Sequence record: MT446422.1
Source: Escherichia virus TH57
DNA: 64,000 bases
Reading direction: 5' to 3' (one strand)
Part shown: one piece after another, positions 45,374 to 52,389 of the stretch
Numbering within the stretch: the first letter of the stretch is position 1
Layout: every line of letters starts with the position of its first letter
Made by a program: the position numbers and the translations under genes
Notes under the pieces: generated by a model
Told to the model about the DNA's origin: nothing
What the model saw: the letters and a program-made list of their open reading frames with translations, nothing else
The model's database searches: none

Positions 45374-45823
45374 ATGACTACTTACATGACCCGTCGTGAC
45401 GTACTGAATGCTGGCGCTACCACTGTTGCTCACATCCATAATGGCAATTATGTTGTAGGGCGTCCAACTAAAGAAGCTATCACCCAACCAGGTTTTTATT
45501 TCGTGGTTAAAGGTGAAGGCGAATCACGTATTGTTGCTGCACGTTTTTACGTTGGTAACCAACGTTCACAACAAGGGTTTGACACTGTATTAAGTCACAT
45601 CCGCAAACAGCGTTCACAACTGTCGCGCACAATGGCGAACAATGGTGTTATCTATGAAGTCCTGTTTGTTCCAGTTTCTAAAATGAAACCTTTGACAACT
45701 GGTTATGGTAAAGGTCAAATTGCGATGGCGTTCACACGCTCACATAGTTCTGATTGTCAGACCCTTTCAGAAATGAATCGCATGCTTGCTGATAACTTTA
45801 AATTCATTTTGCAGAGCTATTAA
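45374..45823 (+). CDS. ndd: nucleoid disruption protein Ndd
   Basis: 149 aa; matches recalled T4 Ndd ([30 protein letters not shown]); canonical position upstream of stp/ac/52. Confidence 0.8.
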   Translation: MTTYMTRRDVLNAGATTVAHIHNGNYVVGRPTKEAITQPGFYFVVKGEGESRIVAARFYVGNQRSQQGFDTVLSHIRKQRSQLSRTMANNGVIYEVLFVPVSKMKPLTTGYGKGQIAMAFTRSHSSDCQTLSEMNRMLADNFKFILQSY

Positions 45824-45824
45824 T

Positions 45825-45905
45825 ATGAGTAATTTCCATAATGAACATGTGATGCAATGGCATCGTCATAATCTGAAATTAACCGGCGTCTTTGGGCGCC
45901 CTTGA
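45825..45905 (+). CDS. stp: Stp peptide (26 aa; activator of host PrrC anticodon nuclease in T4)
   Basis: Peptide [26 protein letters not shown] closely matches recalled T4 Stp; immediately after ndd. Confidence 0.75.
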   Translation: MSNFHNEHVMQWHRHNLKLTGVFGRP

Positions 45906-45912
45906 GGAAAAT

Positions 45913-46068
45913 ATGAATAAATTTGTTTATAGTGTAGCTTTTTTCTGTTGGTCATTTGTATTTGTTGGAACATTATTAACTGGAGAAACTTCAGTATTTT
46001 CACAGGCGATTGCTCAAGGTACCGTAGCGGTTTTATCACTATTTAAATTATTGGATAAAAATGATTAA
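45913..46068 (+). CDS. ac: small membrane protein (51 aa), ac position
   Basis: ATG with GAGGAAAA RBS; hydrophobic; between stp and 52 as T4 ac; by position and size. Confidence 0.45.
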   Translation: MNKFVYSVAFFCWSFVFVGTLLTGETSVFSQAIAQGTVAVLSLFKLLDKND

Positions 46069-46201
46069 GAAAATCTTGGGCTACTCATTAGCCCTTGCTA
46101 CCTTATTGGTGGCGCTGTATTATGGAGTTGTATTTGCATTAGTGCAGGTTGTGCTTTTTATTTCTGATGCTATAATGGCAGTACATTCGTTAATCTGGTA
46201 A
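46061..46201 (+). CDS. small membrane protein (46 aa)
   Basis: ATG overlapping upstream gene end; hydrophobic. Confidence 0.3.
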   Translation: MIKKILGYSLALATLLVALYYGVVFALVQVVLFISDAIMAVHSLIW

Positions 46202-46209
46202 GGTGATAT

Positions 46210-47589
46210 ATGTCTGACGTTTTAAGTATGATGTCCAAACAGTTCAGTGATTCCATGGGGTCCCTTAACCCACGCAGTCTAAAAGACATTATTGATGTGG
46301 AAGCATTGTCATATGCTATCTACACTGTGGAAGGTCGTGCCATCCCAAACATGATTGATGGTTTTAAACCAGTTCACAGATTTGTTATGGCGAGAGCATT
46401 AGACCTGGCTCGTGGCGATAAGAATAAATTCCATAAGGTTGCCTCCATTGCAGGTGGCGTAGCTGATTATGGTTATCACCATGGCGAAGCATCAGCGGAA
46501 GAAGCAACTTCTGGTCTGGTCGCAACATATAAAAATGAATACCCCATGTTTGATGGGCAAGGCAACTTTGGTTCCAGAATGGTGCCAGAAGCATCATCAG
46601 CTCGTTATGTATTCGCAAGGGTTTCAAAGAACTTTTATAACTTGTTTAAGGATACAGAATATGCTCCGGTCCATCCTGATGAAGAACATAAGCCTCCTGC
46701 TTTTTATCTTCCTGTTATTCCTACTGTATTACTTAACGCCACTTCTGGGATTGCTGTTGGCTTCGCTACTGATATTCTTCCTCATTCGTTCCAGGACGTC
46801 AAGGAAGCTGTTAAAGCTATCGTGGAAGGTCGTGAGCCGGTTGCTCCGAAAGTAAAATATCCAGAATTCCGTGGTGAAGTTGTTGAGCTGGAAGAGCCTG
46901 GTAAGTATGAGCTTCATGGCACGTACAAAATGACTTCCAGGACTCAAATGGAAATTACTGAAATCCCGGTCCAATGGAACCTGGAAAAGTATACAAGTAA
47001 AATCCTGGACCCACTGGAAGAGAAAGGTTTTATCACCTGGAAAGATAACTGTGGCGAGCATGGTTTTGGGTTTAAGATTAAATTCCGTAAGGAATACAAG
47101 CTGGATGGCACTGAAGAAGAAAATCATGAGAAAATCATGAAAGACTTTGGTCTGATTGAGAAGCTCTCCCAGAACTTAACTGTACTTAATCACAAAGGCA
47201 AATTGGCTGAATACACCAACACGCTTGACCTGATTCGCGATTTCGTTGATGTCCGTAAGACTTATGTCCAAGTGCGAATTGACAGTAAGATTAAAGAAAC
47301 TGAAGCCGCGTTTAAACTGGCCCGAGCAAAAGTCTTCTTTATTAAAGAAGTGATTGATGGTAAGGTTGTTATCCAGGGGAAACCTCGTAAGAAGTTGATT
47401 GAGGAGCTCCAGGCGAGTGAAATATATGGCGATTATGCAGAGAAGTTAGTGGCGATGAACATCTACCATATGACCTCTGATGAAGCCAAGAAGCTTGCAG
47501 ACGAAGCAAAGGCTAAGAAAGCCGAGCATGAGTACTGGAAGACAACTGATGTTAAAACTGAATACCTTAATGATTTGGAGGCTCTATGA
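46210..47589 (+). CDS. 52: DNA topoisomerase II medium subunit gp52 (GyrA-like)
   Basis: 459 aa; GyrA-type breakage-reunion N-terminal region. Confidence 0.92.
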   Translation: MSDVLSMMSKQFSDSMGSLNPRSLKDIIDVEALSYAIYTVEGRAIPNMIDGFKPVHRFVMARALDLARGDKNKFHKVASIAGGVADYGYHHGEASAEEATSGLVATYKNEYPMFDGQGNFGSRMVPEASSARYVFARVSKNFYNLFKDTEYAPVHPDEEHKPPAFYLPVIPTVLLNATSGIAVGFATDILPHSFQDVKEAVKAIVEGREPVAPKVKYPEFRGEVVELEEPGKYELHGTYKMTSRTQMEITEIPVQWNLEKYTSKILDPLEEKGFITWKDNCGEHGFGFKIKFRKEYKLDGTEEENHEKIMKDFGLIEKLSQNLTVLNHKGKLAEYTNTLDLIRDFVDVRKTYVQVRIDSKIKETEAAFKLARAKVFFIKEVIDGKVVIQGKPRKKLIEELQASEIYGDYAEKLVAMNIYHMTSDEAKKLADEAKAKKAEHEYWKTTDVKTEYLNDLEAL

Positions 47590-47684
47590 GTTTTGGAGTT
47601 GAGTTTGCATTGCTTTGTATTTTCGCGGCAATCGCGGGTGTGATTGTTGGTATGTTTATTGGTAATAAGATAGATAAAGACTAG
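47586..47684 (+). CDS. small membrane peptide (32 aa)
   Basis: ATG overlaps gp52 stop (ATGA); followed by terminator. Confidence 0.3.
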   Translation: MSFGVEFALLCIFAAIAGVIVGMFIGNKIDKD

Positions 47685-47706
47685 GGCCCTTCGGGGTCCT
47701 TTTTTA
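47684..47706 (+). terminator. rho-independent terminator after gene 52 region
   Basis: GGGCCC ttcg GGGTCC (imperfect) followed by TTTTTT. Confidence 0.5.
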
Positions 47707-47718
47707 TTTTAAAAAGTA

Positions 47719-47748
47719 GTGTACAAGTCCCTTGACCCGATGCATAAT
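47719..47748 (+). promoter_or_regulatory. early-type promoter cassette (GTGTACA, 18 nt, CATAAT)
   Basis: Follows terminator; leader GATTCCATACTGAGTTA; upstream of ORF 47798 and motA. Confidence 0.5.
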
Positions 47749-47797
47749 GATTCCATACTGAGTTACACACTGAATCATAAAAATTTTGGAGAATAAA

Positions 47798-48013
47798 ATG
47801 TTTACTGCACAACAGAATGAAGGTCAAGAATACATCAACGCCAAATTCAAATCTAACAAAGAAGCTTGTTATTACTACTTTGACATGTTCAAACTGGCAA
47901 ACTCTAAAGAAGAACGTAAACAAGCGATTGATGTTATTGTTTCTACTTCCCATATGAAACGTACTGTGGTACAATCATATGCATCAAATTATATGAAATC
48001 TATTAAGGGATAA
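47798..48013 (+). CDS. hypothetical protein (71 aa)
   Basis: ATG directly after promoter cassette leader TGGAGAATAAA. Confidence 0.4.
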   Translation: MFTAQQNEGQEYINAKFKSNKEACYYYFDMFKLANSKEERKQAIDVIVSTSHMKRTVVQSYASNYMKSIKG

Positions 48014-48015
48014 TT

Positions 48016-48624
48016 GTGAACAAGTTAAATTATATCGTTAAATGCTCCCAGAACGCCTTACATGAGACTGATGTCAATGCCCTGGTGTTTGTATACAAAA
48101 ACAACTTTGTGCGTCCAGAGGTTGTTTTAAACCAGCAGAACACATCAATTGATAGTGTGCAGACATTGTTGAATAACAACTATGTTGAAGCTTCTGGTGA
48201 TGGTTTGATGGTTACAGAAAAAGGTGTTGACCTTATTCTGGATGCAGCTGAACTTTGGGCAAATGAAAATAATCCTGACCTTCTGGAAGTGAAGAAGACA
48301 AGAACAAAACGCGGTGTGACTGATGAAATGGAAGCGACTGCAGAATATATCAAAGAGCAATTGTTGTCTATTGGTATTGACTTTAAGAGCATTTCAGAAG
48401 ACCGCAGCAATCTGATTGTGAAGTTCAAGCGTGTCAAGACATTAAAACAGATTGATGTACGTCGTGATGGTCAGATTCGCGTGCATGCGTATAATACTGA
48501 ACAAAAGATAGTAAAACAGTTTACAGACGTGGGATTTAGCGTTAAAGTGGGTGGATTAAATACCTACATTGACAACGTTATGTCAACTGAAAACATTCAA
48601 CATGTTATTAACATCTTAAAGTGA
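48016..48624 (+). CDS. motA: middle transcription activator MotA
   Basis: 202 aa; N-terminal and central motifs (YI.K.S...L.E, EKSGDGL, NPDLLEVKK) match recalled T4 MotA; T4 position. Confidence 0.8.
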   Translation: MNKLNYIVKCSQNALHETDVNALVFVYKNNFVRPEVVLNQQNTSIDSVQTLLNNNYVEASGDGLMVTEKGVDLILDAAELWANENNPDLLEVKKTRTKRGVTDEMEATAEYIKEQLLSIGIDFKSISEDRSNLIVKFKRVKTLKQIDVRRDGQIRVHAYNTEQKIVKQFTDVGFSVKVGGLNTYIDNVMSTENIQHVINILK

Positions 48625-48634
48625 GGAAATTGTT

Positions 48635-48811
48635 ATGAACATCTATCTGATTAAGTACCTAAAAGATGGTAAAGAACGTGATTACCAAATCCCCGCAAAA
48701 AATGAATATGATGCGTGTGTTCGCCTTGGTCAGATTCATGGTGATGACCGTGAATATCGCAATGATGTTGAAATTGAAATCCAATCTGTAACTTTGAAAG
48801 TGAGAGGCTAA
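48635..48811 (+). CDS. hypothetical protein (58 aa)
   Basis: ATG with GAGGAAA RBS; below ORF-track size cut-off. Confidence 0.35.
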   Translation: MNIYLIKYLKDGKERDYQIPAKNEYDACVRLGQIHGDDREYRNDVEIEIQSVTLKVRG

Positions 48812-48813
48812 TC

Positions 48814-49146
48814 ATGAATAAGCTGAATATTGTTAATGAATTGCGTGCTTGCGTAGAACCTACTCAAGAGGGTTGGGATGTTTGGTATCATGGCGCTTAC
48901 CTTGGGACTATTGTCAAGGTCAAAGCTGGTCAGTATCTTATTCACCGCCAGGATGATGCAACAGCACCGTTTGGCGTCCGCAAGAACTTCATGGCAGCGA
49001 TTGGCGCCTTTGTTCCAGCAGCATATGAAGTCTATAAAGCTGACTATAAGGAATACCAGGAATCACAACCAGTTATTCGCTCAATTGGTGTCAATAAAGC
49101 TCAACAGAAAAGTCTGTGGCAACGTGTTAAAGGTTGGTTCAAATGA
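48814..49146 (+). CDS. hypothetical protein (110 aa)
   Basis: ORF only. Confidence 0.4.
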   Translation: MNKLNIVNELRACVEPTQEGWDVWYHGAYLGTIVKVKAGQYLIHRQDDATAPFGVRKNFMAAIGAFVPAAYEVYKADYKEYQESQPVIRSIGVNKAQQKSLWQRVKGWFK

Positions 49147-49481
49147 TTCCTATGGAGCTAAATTGGGATGGCGAAGGTCATTCCCTTAAATTGATTGAAG
49201 AGCAACGTAACGCTTGGGATGAGCGTTGTGCCCTGGTGAATGGTATTAAGGTAATTTATAACCTTCATCTCCAAATTGATAATATTCCTCTTGAGTTTGG
49301 TATGCAGTTATCACGTTTTCTTGAGATTATTACTATAGAAAAAGTATCCATAACTTCATTTGGTGTATGTCAAACAGTTGATATCAAATTGGCTTCTTCT
49401 GATAAAGGCGAGTTGATTGGTATTGGTGATAAAATTCATGAATTCGTGAAATATAATGGTTATAAGGTGATTATCAAATGA
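49143..49481 (+). CDS. hypothetical protein (112 aa)
   Basis: ATG overlapping upstream stop (ATGA). Confidence 0.4.
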   Translation: MIPMELNWDGEGHSLKLIEEQRNAWDERCALVNGIKVIYNLHLQIDNIPLEFGMQLSRFLEIITIEKVSITSFGVCQTVDIKLASSDKGELIGIGDKIHEFVKYNGYKVIIK

Positions 49482-49966
49482 ATCCATTAAAAGGTAAAGA
49501 ATTATCTTTTAAAGACCGTATGGCTTTATTGGATAAAGCTCTTTCTCGTGAGACACCTGAAAGTCTAGCGGCTAAATTACAGGCATCCGGTGACTATACA
49601 GAATATACAGAAGAAGATGTTTTAGAAGAAGTCCCAGAAATCTGTTGGCAGATTGCTCATTGGAACAACAATGAAAAATATCAGCGACGAATTGTATGCG
49701 CTGCCAACCGCTTTAGATTAAAAGATGGCGGGACTTTGGTTATTCCTGGCGCCAGACATTATTCAAAAGATATGGCAGAAGTGCTTGACCAGGTAAGTGA
49801 TAAACTTGTATCAGACCATGTTTGTGGTGATAATCAAGGATTCATTGACCAATACAGCAATTACTGGACCCGTGAAGAAGCAATGATTATTGCGACTTAT
49901 GCAAATCAAGTGCGTATTGAACGTGGTGGTAGTGAAAAAGAACTTTACTCTGAGGACCTTTACTAA
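49478..49966 (+). CDS. hypothetical protein (162 aa)
   Basis: ORF with stop/start overlap. Confidence 0.45.
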   Translation: MNPLKGKELSFKDRMALLDKALSRETPESLAAKLQASGDYTEYTEEDVLEEVPEICWQIAHWNNNEKYQRRIVCAANRFRLKDGGTLVIPGARHYSKDMAEVLDQVSDKLVSDHVCGDNQGFIDQYSNYWTREEAMIIATYANQVRIERGGSEKELYSEDLY

Positions 49967-50247
49967 TGAATCTTAAACAACTCCAGATTGATGCAATCGA
50001 AGCCCATATTAACCATATTAAACGTCTGAATGTTATGCTGGAAGACAACTGGGGAACTTATGTCAACCAACCGGCCTGGGATGCATTAGACCATGAATAT
50101 ATAAAGAATATTAGTTCCAAGACAATTCATGGAAATATGGAAGGCCTAAAGCCATTCTTGCGTGATATGTATATTGCTACTAATAAAGAAATTATTGGCT
50201 CTTTGGAATATCAATTAAGGAAATTGCATGAACAATCTGGTAGCTAA
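49966..50247 (+). CDS. hypothetical protein (93 aa)
   Basis: ORF with stop/start overlap. Confidence 0.4.
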   Translation: MNLKQLQIDAIEAHINHIKRLNVMLEDNWGTYVNQPAWDALDHEYIKNISSKTIHGNMEGLKPFLRDMYIATNKEIIGSLEYQLRKLHEQSGS

Positions 50248-50336
50248 ACACGATTTCAATAAGGCATCTGTCCATAAGGACAAGAAGAAAAATTTTAAAG
50301 AGTCCAATCGCAAACAGAAACATAAGGGTAAAGGCT

Positions 50337-50627
50337 ATGATTACTAAACTCCATACATATCAAGCAACTGAATTGGTTATTCTTATTGATGAGCTTTTTA
50401 AAATCCATGCTTCAGTTCCAGCCGAAATCTATGCAGAAATTCTTTGTGATTTGGATAGCAGCTTTGGCTATATTCAACCGGAATATACAATTAGATTCTC
50501 TAGTGAACGACCTGGCTACGCTAAAGTGGTTTTTGGTCCTGGATTAGATGAAGAACAAGTATTAAGAGAAATTCAAGAAGAAATTGATGATTTTGGTTTA
50601 GAAGATTACATCGAGGAATCACTATGA
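50337..50627 (+). CDS. acidic protein (96 aa), Arn-like candidate
   Basis: Strongly acidic C-terminus (EEQVLREIQEEIDDFGLEDYIEESL); near asiA where T4 has arn; speculative. Confidence 0.35.
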   Translation: MITKLHTYQATELVILIDELFKIHASVPAEIYAEILCDLDSSFGYIQPEYTIRFSSERPGYAKVVFGPGLDEEQVLREIQEEIDDFGLEDYIEESL

Positions 50628-50788
50628 GTCATAACTTAGAGAACACCATCACTGGCCAACGTACACACGAATCGACTTGCTTTGATGAATTCCTGGGAGC
50701 CGATTTTAAGTTCCAGGAACCAGTTGAACAGATGTATCAGGAATATGTTGTACAGATGGAAAATCATGTGTACAACCCAGAGGAATAA
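50624..50788 (+). CDS. hypothetical protein (54 aa)
   Basis: ATG overlapping upstream stop. Confidence 0.3.
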   Translation: MSHNLENTITGQRTHESTCFDEFLGADFKFQEPVEQMYQEYVVQMENHVYNPEE

Positions 50789-50846
50789 TAGTACAATATC
50801 CTTACTGAATAATTGAATGTCTTATTGAATACTTGAGTAAATTAAA

Positions 50847-51122
50847 ATGACTAAATTTGAAATTGTTTCTGAAATTGTTACTATAACTTCAATTTTGATT
50901 AAAACCGACCGGGAAGATATTACGATGAAGCGTGATGTGTTTATCGCGTTTTTGAATGAGTTGGGATTAAGGAATGAGAATGGTAATGAGTTAAACAATG
51001 TATCGTTTAACAAGTTGTTTAAAAGTTTATCTGAAGATGAAATTGAACAAATCATTGAACAATTTAACGAAGGATTCGAAGATATACACCGATATCTGAT
51101 GATGTATACCTCCGGATTCTAA
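50847..51122 (+). CDS. asiA: anti-sigma-70 factor AsiA
   Basis: 91 aa; matches recalled T4 AsiA (ILIK..REDI, FIAFLNE, EQFNEGFE..YRYLMMYT). Confidence 0.85.
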   Translation: MTKFEIVSEIVTITSILIKTDREDITMKRDVFIAFLNELGLRNENGNELNNVSFNKLFKSLSEDEIEQIIEQFNEGFEDIHRYLMMYTSGF

Positions 51123-51772
51123 CGTGTACGCCCGAGCGTACGACCTGCTTGCCCACACATAGCAGAAAGCCTATCAAAACTAAGGTCGGGTTTTTGCTTA
51201 TACCAGTACAGCGAGACTGTACCTGCATAAACGTTTTCCAAATTAAAGAATGGGCAGCTGAACATATATTCGAAGCTGCTTTTTTTCTTTGTTGGTAAGA
51301 ATACAGATTCCGTGCCGGATTCAAAATAATTACCATTAACCCCCGCCAAATATTCCGCTGAAGTTTTATCTATTGGAAACCCACCCAAGTTTTTTTCGTC
51401 GACTGTATCAGGTAATATCCCCTCATAACCCACCATATCCACGAAGTAGTTAAGGTTAGTTGGTCTAAAAGAATATATTGCTGTAAAGTCTGCCCCACTT
51501 GATGAGTGAACTATCTGGATTTGCTCGATAGCTGCAATTTTAAATCTGTTATCCTGGTCTTGCCTTATCATTTCTGTGTACGAGGCATATGAAGCATCCC
51601 TATACGCATCTAAAATTGCATCACCTTTATACCAGATTACCGCCATTAAAAATAATAGAACAATAACTAGTACCCGGGAAAAAACAACTTTCCCGGTTGC
51701 ATTATCTTTAAAAATTCTATCAAGAAGTCCAAAAAGTAGGTCGGGTATTGAGATTCCTACTTTTGGTTCCAT
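51119..51772 (-). CDS. t: holin T
   Basis: 217 aa; matches recalled T4 holin (DLLFGLLDRIFKDNATGKV, N-terminal TM segment, C-terminal SAMCGQAGRTLGR); late promoter upstream. Confidence 0.9.
   Translation of the reverse strand: MEPKVGISIPDLLFGLLDRIFKDNATGKVVFSRVLVIVLLFLMAVIWYKGDAILDAYRDASYASYTEMIRQDQDNRFKIAAIEQIQIVHSSSGADFTAIYSFRPTNLNYFVDMVGYEGILPDTVDEKNLGGFPIDKTSAEYLAGVNGNYFESGTESVFLPTKKKSSFEYMFSCPFFNLENVYAGTVSLYWYKQKPDLSFDRLSAMCGQAGRTLGRTR
51126..51141. promoter_or_regulatory. palindromic hairpin at the convergent asiA/t junction
   Basis: GTACGC ccga GCGTAC just past the overlapping stop codons of asiA and t. Confidence 0.35.
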
Positions 51773-51790
51773 ACTTTTCTCCTTTAAAGA

Positions 51791-51798
51791 TATTTATA
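51791..51798 (-). promoter_or_regulatory. late promoter TATAAATA for holin gene t
   Basis: TATTTATA on plus strand (TATAAATA on minus) 19 nt upstream of t start; AAAGGAG RBS. Confidence 0.55.
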
Positions 51799-51812
51799 AT
51801 GCTTTTGCGTTA

Positions 51813-52358
51813 TTATTTTTTAAACAATCCTTTGAAGAATGATTTTTTCTCTTTCTCTGGCCAAGCCGGGAATTCACCACCAAGGTGTTCGTGTTTTTCT
51901 AAAAGAGCAAAGAAACGTTTAAGATTCTGGTGATAGAATTTTTCTTTCTTATCGGCGACTGAGGCTTCAACCATATTACTTAATACCTGGAATTCTTTAT
52001 ACAAATCGTCAATTTTTCGATTACGAATTAAAACGCGTTTATAGGTTTCGTCTTCTTTCCAGCCATCGTCGGTCCACACATCAAATTCACCAGGCTCGTC
52101 AAAAGATATACCGACTGGGCTTCCTATGTCATTTATTAAGATTTCTTCTTTATTAAAAGTCCATGCACGTTTGCCTCGATGGTCTTCTTCATAAATCCAA
52201 TCTTGAACGCGTTCATCAAATACAACGGCGAAACCTTCTTTAGGTTCCAATGGTTCCTTTGTGGTTGAGTGAGCCGGGAGACCAAGACCTTTAATGGGTT
52301 TATAATTTTCTTCTTTGTAAAATTCTTTTGTGTCAAAATAAAAATGATAAATTTTCAT
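51813..52358 (-). CDS. 38: gp38, T4-type tail fibre assembly protein
   Basis: Matches recalled T4 gp38 from MKIYH..YFDTKEFYKEENYKP; start taken at ATG 52358. Confidence 0.85.
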   Translation of the reverse strand: MKIYHFYFDTKEFYKEENYKPIKGLGLPAHSTTKEPLEPKEGFAVVFDERVQDWIYEEDHRGKRAWTFNKEEILINDIGSPVGISFDEPGEFDVWTDDGWKEDETYKRVLIRNRKIDDLYKEFQVLSNMVEASVADKKEKFYHQNLKRFFALLEKHEHLGGEFPAWPEKEKKSFFKGLFKK

Positions 52359-52389
52359 ATTCAAAAGGGGCCGAAGCCCCCTCTCCTTA
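52358..52389 (-). promoter_or_regulatory. gene 38 translation initiation region with SD and AUG separated by a hairpin
   Basis: Minus strand reads TAAGGAGAG, GGGGCTTCGGCCCC hairpin, UUUUGAAU, AUG; SD-to-AUG spacing about 22 nt. Confidence 0.55.
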
